Below, one piece after another: positions 34,001 through 45,889 of a DNA stretch of 64,000 nt. The notes under the pieces are model-generated. The model saw only the letters and a program-made list of their open reading frames with translations. It was not told the origin of the DNA and searched no databases. The stretch's first letter is position 1. Each line of letters starts with the position of its first letter. The DNA lies in contig JAUPSS010000010.1 in NCBI GenBank assembly GCA_040285825.1, positions 554,604 to 618,603 on the forward strand, given 5' to 3'. Both the position numbers and the translations under genes were made by a program. The DNA is from Eukaryota sp. TZLM1-RC (taxonomy: Eukaryota; Protista; Metamonada: BaSk clade).

Positions 34001-37000
34001 CACTATCTTGTTGTCGTGAATCATATATAAATCAAGATGATTATTATGAACACAGTTGTTGAAACAGGGGTCTTTTGAAGCTATGACAAGCTTCTGTTCG
34101 GACCTAATTCTACAGAGCCAAGGCTCGAAAATAGGGAGGTCGTTGGAACATCGGTCTTTTATGACCATGATACGTTCGAAGTTGTTTAAGTCTTCAATGT
34201 AGTATCTTTCGTTTTCTGTTCCATCTATTTTATCAATATAAAATATTGGATGAAAATTTGGAGACATTTGATGGGACAAATGATTGATCCCTTGATGGTC
34301 TATAGGAACTCTTCGAGACAACATATTGGCCCAGAAGTTATCTTCCCCTTTGGTGTGTACCAAATCAAAGCAGAATTCAGAGAAAATGGGTAACCATCTG
34401 GTTACGATTCGGTTCTTATTTGGAGCTGTGAACATGTAGGTAAGGTTTTGATGGTCTGTGAAAATGACCAGTTTCCTTCCCTTCAAGTAGTTTTCGAAAC
34501 CATTTTGTTGTTTTCTACATCGCCTGCAGCGACCCATGAGTGGAACTCATCGTTGGTTGGCAGGCTTGAGTGCCAGGGTGCTAAATGTTTGACGTTAGCC
34601 TGAACGATTGACCAGTGCAGAGATTCTTAATGTTCACATACGAATTGGATACGATTTCAGTATTTAGAAAAGGTCCTAAATAGTCTCCATGAAGCTTAGC
34701 GGAGGAGCTGGAAGCTAGTAATACCAATTGACCCACTTCAAAAGGATTTGGAGTTGTAGATCTAGTTAGCTTGGAAGCTTTGGAAGTTTGATGGTGTGCT
34801 GCCTTTTCCTGTTTGTCTTTCAACCTTCGAAATTTGGATTGAATTTCTTGAATAAAAGATGACTCAGACGTCAAGCTTTCAATGATTTCAAGAATTTTGC
34901 CAGGGTCAGATCTAGGAGACACATCAGAGCCAAAGATCACTTGGTATGGAATGTAGCTTGTTATTGAACTCTTGGAAGAGTTTATCAATAATTGCACATA
35001 AGGCAAATATTCGGACCACACGTCGTAGGCGTTGAAGTCTACGAGCAATTTCCGTAGGTTTTGCAGGATGTCTCTGTGTCGGCGCTCTACCAAGCCGTTG
35101 GACTGAGAAAACCTTGGAATTGACTTTGACACCTCTATGCCCAAAAATTTGCTTAGTTCGTCAAAGACAGCTTTGGAAAATTCAGGCCCATTATCGCTGT
35201 GGATTTGAAATGGTATACCAAAGATGGCACAGACTTTCCTGATTAATGCGTCTGCAGTGAGATTGGCATTCAATTCTTTTAAAGGTACGATGATCGTAAA
35301 CCTAGAAAAGCTCTCAATAAATACAAGAATGTATTTGTAGCCTTTTTGGTCTTCTGGAAGAGGTCCAATAACATCGGCGTTGGCACGAGCAAAAGGTCTG
35401 TCAGCCCACAATGAACCAGTTGGGGGAATGTGCAGCTTGGGAACTGGTTTTGGTTTTTGACAGGAGGGGTATTCTTCGACGTGCTAATTCATGTTAGTGA
35501 GCATGTTAGGCCACCAATAATCGCTGTTTCTGAGCTTGTGCAGACTTTCAGCTTTGCTTGGGTGGCCTTCTTGCAGTAGTCCGTGCAACAAGTTAAGGGT
35601 GTCCTTAATGAATGATTTGGGAATCACTATCTTGTTGTCGTGAGTCATATATGAATCAAGGTGATTAATATGAACACAGTAGTTGAAAGGGGGGTCTTTG
35701 GAAGCTATGGCAAGCTTCTGTTCGGACCTTATCCTACAGAGCCATAGCTCGAAAATAGGTAGGTCGTTGCAACATCGTTCTTTAGTGACCATGATACGTT
35801 CGAAGTTGTTTAAATCTTCTATGTAGTATCTTTCGTTTTCTGTTCCATTAATTTTATCAATGTAAAATATTGGATGAAAATTTGGAGACATTTGATGGGA
35901 CAAATGATTGATGTCTTTATGTTCTATAGGAGGAACTATTCCAAACAACATATCTGCCCAGAAGTTATCTTCCCCTTTGGTGTGTACCAATTCAAAGCAG
36001 AATTTAGAAAAAATGGGTAATCATCTGGTTACAATTCTGTTCTTCTCAGGAGCCGTGAACATATAGGTAAAGTTTTGATGGTCTGTGAATATAACCAGTC
36101 GGTTCTTATTTGGAGCTGTGAACATGTAGGTAAGGTTTTGATGGTCTGTGAAAATGACCAGTTTCCTTCCCTTCAAGTAGTTTTCGAAACCATTTTGTTG
36201 TTTTCTACATCGCCTGCAGCGACCCATGAGTGGAACTCATCGTTGGTTGGCAGGCTTGAGTGCCAGGGTGCTAAATGTTTGACGTTAGCCTGAACGATTG
36301 ACCAGTGCAGAGATTCTTAATGTTCACATACGAATTGGATACGATTTCAGTATTTAGAAAAGGTCCTAAATAGTCTCCATGAAACTTAGCGGAGGAGCTG
36401 GAAGTTTGTAATACCAATTGACCAACTTCAAAAGGATTTGGAGTTGTAGATCTAGTTAGCTTGGAAGCTTTGGAAGCTTGATGATGTGCTGCCCTTTCCT
36501 GTTTTTTTCTTTCAATCTTCGAAATTTAGATTCAATTTCTTGAATATAAGTTGACTCAGATGTCGAGCTTTCAATGACTTCAAGAATTTTACCAGGGTCT
36601 GATCTAGGAGACACATCTGAGCCAAAAGATCACTTGGTATGGAGTGTGGTTTGTTGTTGAACTCTTGGAAGAGTTGATCAATTATTGCACGTGAGGCAAT
36701 TATTCGGACCATACATCGTAGGTGTTGAAGTCTACGAGCAATTTCCGTAGGTTTTGCAGAATGTCTCTGTGTCGGCGCTCTGCCAAGCCGTTGGACTGAG
36801 AATACCAAGGTATTGCCTTTGATTCCTCTATGCCCAAAAATTTGCTTAGTTCGTCAAAGACAGCCTTGGAAAATTCAGGTCCATTATCACTGTGGAGTTG
36901 AAATGGTATGCCAAAGATGGCACAGACTTTCCAAATTAATGCGTCTGCAGTGAGATTGGCATTTATTTCTTTTAGGGGAACGATGATCGTAAACCTAGAG

Positions 37001-39457
37001 AAGCTGTCGATAAATACGAGGATGTATTTGTAGCCTTTTTGATCTTCTGGAAGAGGACCAATAACATCGGCGTTGACACGAGCAAAAGGTCTGTCAGCCC
37101 ACAATGAACCGGTTGGGGGAACATGCAGTTTGGGAACTGGTTTTGTTTTCTGACAAGAGGGACATTTTTGGACGTGCTTGGTCATGTCTGTGAGCATGTT
37201 TGGCCGCCAATAGTCGCTATTCCTGAGCTTGTTCAAGCTTTCAGCTTTGCTTGGATGGCCTCCTTGCAGAAGTCCGTGCAACAAGTTAAGGGTGTCCTTA
37301 ATGAGTGATTTGGGAATCACTATCTTGTTGTCGTGAATCATATATAAATCAAGATGATTATTATGAACACAGTTGTTGAAACAGGGGTCTTTGGAAGCTA
37401 TGGCAAGCTTCTGTTCGGACCTTATCCTACAGAGCCATAGCTCGAAAATAGGTAGGTCGTTGCAACATCGTTCTTTAGTGACCATGATACGTTCGAAGTT
37501 GTTTAAATCTTCTATGTAGTATCTTTCGTTTTCTGTTCCATTAATTTTATCAATGTAAAATATTGGATGAAAATTTGGAGACATTTGATGGGACAAATGA
37601 TTGATGTCTTTATGTTCTATAGGAGGAACTATTCCAAACAACATATCTGCCCAGAAGTTATCTTCCCCTTTGGTGTGTACCAATTCAAAGCAGAATTTAG
37701 AAAAAATGGGTAATCATCTGGTTACAATTCTGTTCTTCTCAGGAGCCGTGAACATATAGGTAAAGTTTTGATGGTCTGTGAATATAACCAGTCGGTTCTT
37801 ATTTGGAGCTGTGAACATGTAGGTAAGGTTTTGATGGTCTGTGAAAATGACCAGTTTCCTTCCCTTCAAGTAGTTTTCGAAACCATTTTGTTGTTTTCTA
37901 CATCGCCTGCAGCGACCCATGAGTGGAACTCATCGTTGGTTGGCAGGCTTGAGTGCCAGGGTGCTAAATGTTTGACGTTAGCCTGAACGATTGACCAGTG
38001 CAGAGATTCTTAATGTTCACATACGAATTGGATACGATTTCAGTATTTAGAAAAGGTCCTAAATAGTCTCCATGAAACTTAGCGGAGGAGCTGGAAGTTT
38101 GTAATACCAATTGACCAACTTCAAAAGGATTTGGAGTTGTAGATCTAGTTAGCTTGGAAGCTTTGGAAGCTTGATGATGTGCTGCCCTTTCCTGTTTTTC
38201 TTTCAATCTTCGAAATTTAGATTCAATTTCTTGAATATAAGTTGACTCAGATGTCGAGCTTTCAATGACTTCAAGAATTTTACCAGGGTCTGATCTAGGA
38301 GACACATCTGAGCCAAAGATCACTTGGTATGGAGTGTGGTTTGTTGTTGAACTCTTGGAAGAGTTGATCAATTATTGCACGTGAGGCAATTATTCGGACC
38401 ATACATCGTAGGTGTTGAAGTCTACGAGCAATTTCCGTAGGTTTTGCAGAATGTCTCTGTGTCGGCGCTCTGCCAAGCCGTTGGACTGAGAATACCAAGG
38501 TATTGCCTTTGATTCCTCTATGCCCAAAAATTTGCTTAGTTCGTCAAAGACAGCCTTGGAAAATTCAGGTCCATTATCACTGTGGAGTTGAAATGGTATG
38601 CCAAAGATGGCACAGACTTTCCAAATTAATGCGTCTGCAGTGAGATTGGCATTTATTTCTTTTAGGGGAACGATGATCGTAAACCTAGAGAAGCTGTCGA
38701 TAAATACGAGGATGTATTTGTAGCCTTTTTGATCTTCTGGAAGAGGACCAATAACATCGGCGTTGACACGAGCAAAAGGTCTGTCAGCCCACAATGAACC
38801 GGTTGGGGGAACATGCAGTTTGGGAACTGGTTTTGTTTTCTGACAAGAGGGACATTTTTGGACGTGCTTGGTCATGTCTGTGAGCATGTTTGGCCGCCAA
38901 TAGTCGCTATTCCTGAGCTTGTTCAAGCTTTCAGCTTTGCTTGGATGGCCTCCTTGCAGAAGTCCGTGCAACAAGTTAAGGGTGTCCTTAATGAGTGATT
39001 TGGGAATCACTATCTTGTTGTCGTGAATCATATATAAATCAAGATGATTATTATGAACACAGTTGTTGAAACAGGGGTCTTTTGAAGCTATGACAAGCTT
39101 CTGTTCGGACCTAATTCTACAGAGCCAAGGCTCGAAAATAGGGAGGTCGTTGGAACATCGGTCTTTTATGACCATGATACGTTCGAAGTTGTTTAAGTCT
39201 TCAATGTAGTATCTTTCGTTTTCTGTTCCATCTATTTTATCAATATAAAATATTGGATGAAAATTTGGAGACATTTGATGGGACAAATGATTGATCCCTT
39301 GATGGTCTATAGGAACTCTTCGAGACAACATATTGGCCCAGAAGTTATCTTCCCCTTTGGTGTGTACCAAATCAAAGCAGAATTCAGAGAAAATGGGTAA
39401 CCATCTGGTTACGATTCGGTTCTTATTTGGAGCTGTGAACATGTAGGTAAAGTTTTG
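31013..39457 (-). repeat. five-unit tandem array of Gypsy RNase H(C-term)-integrase segments
   Basis: The junction-associated ATG recurs at 32913, 34537, 36227 and 37920 (periods 1624, 1690, 1693). Each unit has the HHCC region, NADVI, HSDNG, ER.H and YLGPF. Confidence 0.95.
32957..34537 (-). CDS. open 526-aa ORF: RNase H C-terminus plus complete integrase, without chromodomain-like tail
   Basis: H..GH..CPSC zinc motif, D (NADV), D (HSDNG), E (AERR) and GPF are uninterrupted; expression unknown. Confidence 0.6.
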   Translation of the reverse strand: MGRCRRCRKQQNGFENYLKGRKLVIFTDHQNLTYMFTAPNKNRIVTRWLPIFSEFCFDLVHTKGEDNFWANMLSRRVPIDHQGINHLSHQMSPNFHPIFYIDKIDGTENERYYIEDLNNFERIMVIKDRCSNDLPIFEPWLCRIRSEQKLVIASKDPCFNNCVHNNHLDLYMIHDNKIVIPKSLIKDTLNLLHGLLQGGHPSKAESLNKLRNSDYWWPNMLTDMTKHVQKCPSCQKTKPVPKLHVPPTGSLWADRPFARVNADVIGPLPEDQKGYKYILVFIDSFSRFTIIVPLKEINANLTADALIWKVCAIFGIPFQLHSDNGPEFSKAVFDELSKFLGIEESKSIPWYSQSNGLAERRHRDILQNLRKLLVDFNAYDVWSEYLPYVQLLINSSKSSITSYIPYQVIFGSDVSPRSDPGKIVEIIESLTSESSFIQEIQSKFRRLKDKQEKAAHHQTSKASKLTRSTTPNPFEVGQLVLLASSSSAKLHGDYLGPFLNTEIVSNSYVNIKNLCTGQSFRLTSNI

Positions 39458-41380
39458 TAAAGTTTACTCTAGAGGAGCAATTCCATCCGGTCCAGGTGCT
39501 AAACGTCGCTCGGGAGGCGGAACCAAAGGAACTCCCCAAAACAAATATGTCCCAGAAAGACATGAACGGGAGGGATCTAAGTTTTGTACATTCTGCAACG
39601 TCACCGAAGGAAACAACCCTATTGGCCACACTGTTTTTGAATGTAAAGACCCCTATTGTACCAGGAGTAAGGTACCTAAAGAACTAAGATTTAAGATCGG
39701 CGAGGCTGATCAGCCTGCGAGAAGTAGCAGTGTAGTCAGGGGCCGAGGTGGCCGAGGTAGACGTGTAATTAGATTTAGAGGTAGGGGCCGAGGTGGCCAT
39801 TTCAGAGGACATAAAGGCAGAGGTCAGTATAGACCTATTTATTACATAAATACACAAGAGGATACATCACCAACATCATCCCCTTCTGAGAACGTGTCAG
39901 CTAGTTCGAGCATGACCTCTCACAGACGGATCGACCGTTTCAGCCACAGGATCAGAAATACAGGTAACTTTCCCAATCGGAAACAAATCAACGCAATCAA
40001 TCACAATCAATCAATTGCCGATTTCGAAAACCCAGTCAACAACTCCCCAAGAACTCAACAATTCTTACTTAATCCTCTACAATTCCACAAATTCAGCTCT
40101 GATATCAACAATATTTTTGGTATAAATTCTACGGTTAGTGAAAACCACATCAGATCCCAGCGTTCTCCATTTCTAAGATTGGAGATTTTAATAAATAATA
40201 TAAAAATGATTGCAAGTATTGATTCGGCAGCGTTTTGTTCGGTTATAACAGAAGATTTGGCTAACAAATGCAATATGTCACTTAATAGAGATGATACGAT
40301 TGAGTTCTTACCAGCCAATAACGTATCAAGTAAATCGCTAGGGAGTGCAAATGGTATTCTGTCGTTCAACGTAGGAAGCATTGCGCACCAGGGGCATTAT
40401 AGACATACTTTGCCCATAATCCCGGGTTCAAACAAATTATTAATAGGGATAGATATGTTAAAAAAACTTGGGCTTCAGACGGATGATGGTCTTTTCATCA
40501 GATTAGACAAAGAACACCGCACTTTGTTAAATGCAGAATCTGAATTCGACTCAAGAATCGCTCAACATTCGATTGGGACCTTAGATAACCAATCATCGAG
40601 TCCTTCCGCTTTTGAGGAGCAATTAACTAGATCTGGTTGTGAGATAAAATTAGATGATGATAATAATAAATTAAAATTAACGAGTCTACTAGGAATTTTC
40701 AGCGATGTTTTTAGTGAAACTCCAAACAGAAAAGGAATCGATTGTAATCCTCTAACAATCCCCTTTAGAGATGAGAATGCTATAGTACATAAACCTGCTA
40801 GACGGTTAAATCCCTAAATATTGTATTATTGAAGAATCTGACCACTGGCACCGAATTAAAGGCTGCCAAGAAAGATTGCAAAATCTATAACGCTGAGAAT
40901 CCTCAGGATATCGAATTTCTTAAGGCAGTCGCAGCAGGCGATGCTGAAAAACATGTTATAGAGAAAATCCTCTCAGAACAAAATTCTGACTCAGGTAGTT
41001 TCTGCACTGTTCAATGGTTTGGCGGTGAGACAACAGAAGAGCCTCTCCATTCAGTTAAACATTCAGAAGCTTACAAGTTGTTCAGTAAGAATAACAAGAA
41101 AATTGGAAAACGTACTACTGGTCAACGTAAAAGTACCTCCAATAACTCTACGCCTTACAAGAGGCCTAGACGCAGTACTACAATTAGGAAGTGATGCTAA
41201 TTCTTAGTTTATATAGATTATTTATAGTTTTAGTGATTTGTTTATAGTTTAGTTCATATTTATATAAGCCAATTAATTGTAAAAAGGGGGAAGAAGCAGT
41301 GTTGGCGCCCTTAGGCTTTTATAATATGAATAGAAAATAAATTATTTATATCCTAACCACTTTTCCAACCTACGGCATCA
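39458..41380 (+). mobile_element. internally deleted Gypsy element: gag end, protease, RT start, integrase tail, PPT, 81-bp 3' LTR (41300..41380)
   Basis: CTFC..H..C knuckle, RG-rich tract, IDSAA, deletion junction ~40817, EKHVIEKIL..VQWFGGE, PPT aaaaagggggaagaagcag, TGTTG..GGCATCA. Confidence 0.85.
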
Positions 41381-42029
41381 CAATGATATTGCTGAACATT
41401 CTTAAATTCAGCTTCTCCACAACAAGCCAGTGAGACATTACCAGAGTTCCATGCTTGTATGTTACCTTTTCATCTCGGTGATATGCAAGCACCCATATAC
41501 GAAAAATTAAAGCTCCATTAATGATCTTTTTAGTGTTTTTCAGAGAGCTGAACGACAATGAATTTCTTCATGACTTGTCATATACCTAGTTAAACAGTGA
41601 TTCTTGAGGTCCATCTGTTGCTCTATTTGCATATGTGACAACTTCAGATGGTATTTAAATTCTATTTGTTTAAATAATTTGTTCTTGTGTGTAGAATAAT
41701 TAAAGAATAGTTGAAATAATGAACACAAGATTCAACAAAAAGGGGTTCTCCAAATGTTCAATTCGAACTGTAGGTCTATACCATTCAATAAATGCTGAAT
41801 ATCTGCGAAAATCATCCTTCTCAATGAATAATCCAGAAAGCACGCTTCACCATCTTACCGCAAATGACATGTAGTATTCCCCTGACTTACTGAATTAATT
41901 TCTTTTCGAAAAATTTTAAAAATTTGTGTAATTTGCATAAATAATGAGAAAATGATGTTTGCAATTACTCTTGAATTTATTGATTAAACTATCTGTTTTT
42001 CTTGAGATATATATAGATATATATATATA

Positions 42030-42325
42030 TTATTGCTTTCCCATTTTCGATAAATGGAAGATTATCAGATGAAGCAGAAACTTTTTTGAATGACTTCCAA
42101 AAAATGGTTCAAGAAAAAACAATGAAAAGATTTGATATTTTTTATGGCGTCCACGGATTCAATTTGCCATTATTAATAGATTACCTCGGTTTTTCAATCG
42201 AATAAGAGAAGCTTTAGCTAGACAGCAAGCAGATCAAGATTTTGTAGAGGAAATCTTGGTTCAATGATAGTCGTCCCATTAGTTCTGAGTTAATTTAATT
42301 AAGTGTACAAATTCAATAAATTTGA
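42030..42325 (+). mobile_element. 3' fragment of subfamily C non-LTR element, next to a (TA)n tract
   Basis: Matches ~28816-29110; (TA)n at ~42006-42031. Confidence 0.85.
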
Positions 42326-42645
42326 GTTTATTAGATAAATGGTATTATTTATTATTTACTTATTATTACTTCTAGATGATTTGGTTTTGCAGTTGTAGTT
42401 GCTTTTGACTATAGTGCAAGTTATCTTTGATTTACAAACCAAGTTCAATAACATTGTATCGAATGCATCCTCAAATAAACTGCAGCTTCAAAGGCTAACA
42501 TTTAAGACTATTCCATTTAATTCTTATTTTCATTCAAAACAATAGGTTCAGCATTCAAAAGTTTCCAACCACTGGGCTCTGTGAGGATCGAATGTTAAAC
42601 CAAAAACGAAATCCACATGAAATATTTATTTATTTATTTATTTAT

Positions 42646-44093
42646 TTATTTTCTCATTAAATTGTCTAATTGATCAATTGCCACAAAACGAAGTCTGTCA
42701 AGTGATACCCTCTCGTCAATCAAAGTGTCAATATCTTTTGTCAAAAATTCCGAAATCTTGTCAACAGTAGCTTCTAATTTACCTTGCCTAAACTCAAATA
42801 AATGTCGCTCATCTTCATTTTCCAAAGCATAAACATATACATAAGACCATTTTAAATGTAATCTTCCAGCTAATTGCACATCAATCGCATCATAAATAAA
42901 AGAGCAATCCTGCAAAAGAGCGTCTTCTTTCCTAAAAAAATCATTAATTTTCTCCTTCAATTCAATTTTAAGTTTACTCTCATGTTCAAAACCCTGTGAG
43001 TGGATGATAAAGCGATCATGGCAATGGTGAAACCTTTTGAGCTGCATAGCTTCCTTATTCATTTTTCTTTTATCGTTTTCCGAGTCTTCCTTGAACTTAC
43101 TGCACTTATAATGATCACCATGAGTCTTCCAATCCCCTGAACAAGCCCAACAAAACTCGTAACGACATTGCGTACATGCTAGAATGAGTAAAGAAAAGAA
43201 AAACACATACACATATGGAGACAACCACCATTCTTCTCAATTAGCTTGCTACACTGAGGGCAAGGTTTAGTGTTGAGCTTCAACCAACTGCTTGTGTGTT
43301 TATCCAAAGCTCCTCTATCTTCCCACTGTTTAACATCACTGCACTCAGCCGGTCTATGATCTTCAGCAAAACAACACCTTGGACAAAACCGCAGCTCACC
43401 AGAAGGACAAGAGAGATAAGAAGGTGTGGGATCTCCCTTGAGGATGACGTGACCACATCCCTTTCCTGGGCAGAAAGTGTATTGTGAAGACCTAAAAACA
43501 AAATCATTTACGAGATAATAAATGTATTTTGATTGTAATTCACCCGATAGAAATGATAAAACAAAATCTGGGTCAGCTATAAGTCCGCACTGGCCCATTA
43601 AAATACAAGGAATTTCTATAGAATTAGATGAATTAACCTGACTTTCAAGAAAAGCAGCCCAACACTCCTCATCAGCACCATGTCCACAGTCTAGCATATA
43701 ATAAGCTTCGCTAGTGGTGACGTGTGATGAGGTGGCAGTCAAGGGAAGTCCGCAGGCAAAACATTCCCTGTTTGTAGGGGCTGTGGGGGGATTGTGGATA
43801 ATGTTGGGGTCAATAGAGATATGATCCAAAACTATACGAGTACCAAGTTCAGCAAACCTTTCGAGCAAGTTCTCCACGTCATAGGCGTAACGTAAGAGCA
43901 AGAGAAAGGAGAGAGAACTAAAGAAACCAGTGACCTCACAGGTGGTGGTGATGAGCTGGGAGATTTGGTCAAGGAGTTGGTCCTGAGAGAAGGATTCTTG
44001 GAAAAGTTTAGATGGTTGGAGTTGGAATTGAGAGGGTTGGGTCATAGGTTCATCATCGGTTCTGGACATTTCCTCAAATTCATCAAAGGACAT
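42646..44093 (-). CDS. Ariadne-family RBR E3 ligase, copy 2 (intron 43179..43210), possibly decaying
   Basis: Near-identical to copy 1; IBR Cys replaced (CPSC to CPSG) and a 1-bp deletion near 44110. Confidence 0.8.
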
Positions 44094-44482
44094 GGGTTCA
44101 AATGAGGAAAAAGGGGTTCCGACTCAAACATTGTTTGATTAGGTTCAGGGTCTGAAATTTGTATTCAATGTGTGGTTGTTTTACAGAAGGAAAAGACACT
44201 GGGAGTTCTGGTGGTTTTTGGCTCTGAATAGAATCAATGGCTCTCTCTAGTGAAGGATTAGACATGTTTGGCAGAATTTCAACAGAAAGATCTCTGTCAT
44301 ACCCCATACTTTGTATTTGACTTGCCAGAAAGTCAATAATGGGATCCATAGAGGGAAGTTTTGCGATTATAAATTTTAAGTTTCTAGTTTCTTCTGGGGT
44401 TTGCTTTTCTGTTGCATTAATGTAAATTGGCATTTCACACACTCTCAATATTTCACACTCTCATCATTTGTCCTTTCTCACC

Positions 44483-45008
44483 ATGCCTTATAAATTCGAC
44501 TTCCTTCTGGGCAGAAACCTTCGTTCTTGGAAAACCCATGCATCTGATGATACAAAGACACGTGCAGTGTATACGTGTCTTTTTTTGGGAGAATCCCAGG
44601 CCGCAATAGCACACTGTTTCATTTGCAGCCAGTCTACAATTAGTCGCTGGATACAGGAATACTTTGAGTTTTCCCGTCAAATCTGAAAAATATGATGAAA
44701 CACAGTCAAACAACATCCAATCTAACATTCCCTCCAAAATTGTCGACTATAAATATAAATTGTCGCTCTTGTTTCTCAAAGAGATTAAGTCTCTAATCTA
44801 CTCCAACTTTCATACTACTATTTCAGTCTCCACTGTTCACCGGATTCTTGTTCAAGCTGGCTTTTCGCGAAAGCGAGTTCAGTCATCTGTACAAAGTGCA
44901 AAACTACAGATGGTGTTAAACTTTGAGAATTACCTATCCCGGAATATAGGTGTCATTGATATAAAGCAAATAAACTTTGAAATTTTATGGTACAGTATAA
45001 AACATTGA
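44483..45008 (+). pseudogene. IS630/Tc1 transposase HTH remnant, copy 2
   Basis: Duplicate of 9624..10152. Confidence 0.7.
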
Positions 45009-45889
45009 TGAACAACTAAACTAGAGACTAATTTACAGAAGGATCTTCATCCATATGGGAGTCAGGAGCATCCTCGACTCTTGCAAAGTTCCGTTCTACA
45101 GCATCATTGATGAAGGCTACGGAAGCAGGTCTTTTTCTTACAGAGTCAATGAAGTTGTCCAACTCTCGGTACAGTTGGTTTTATAGGATATATATAGGAT
45201 GCAAAGCTGTATTGAGGCGAGTCGCTTCTGCACTATAAGAAGCAAAGAGAAGTTGAGAGAGGCTGTTGTATTCGATGTCTAAAACATCAGAGTAGTAGAC
45301 GGTAAGAGTCTTTGCTGAGAAGTCCCTTCCTCCTTTGTAAGTGTGGTAAACTACATCAGTTTTAAAGGAAGAACTGTCAGGAAACTCTTCGACTGAAAGC
45401 ATGAAATCAAGAGTGTGAAGAAATTGTTAGACCACAAATTTATGCATTTCAAATGCAATTCACAGTTGAGTTTCACCTGATTTTATTTTTCTTAGTGCTG
45501 CAGTTCAAAACTAGTTGAAATTTGCTACTTCCATTATTGCATTTTTGTTAGAAGTTACTAACAAGAATGCATTTTAATAGAAACATGATGACACTCCTTA
45601 ACATGTTTGCAATTGTTGAATCCAGAATGAGTGGCAACGATAAAGCCCAATCATTGAGTAGTTGTAGTTTTTGTAACGGAATAGTATGGCCGACTTCAAA
45701 TTCATTGCTAATCACACCATATTTAAGATTGTTTCTGAAAAAAATTGCATTATTGGTTGGTTTAGTGTTGAACTTCGAAAAAGATAAATAATTACAATAT
45801 TATTGGAGAGAATACTGTGCAAAACTTATATTCGAGTTAATTTATTCCGTAAAATATATAAAAATAAAAATCTAGTGCAAAGAAAACAC

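Noticed and set aside
30861-41380. Composite mobile unit bounded by two outward-facing 3' LTRs
   Set aside because: The LTRs belong to different families and the flanks (TATT vs CAAT) are not a TSD; better explained as a rearrangement junction at ~39457.
41381-41384. CAAT follows LTR ends at both 6731 and 41380, beside paralogous sequence
   Set aside because: Different LTR families at non-equivalent positions; a 4-nt AT-rich match is expected by chance or weak target preference.
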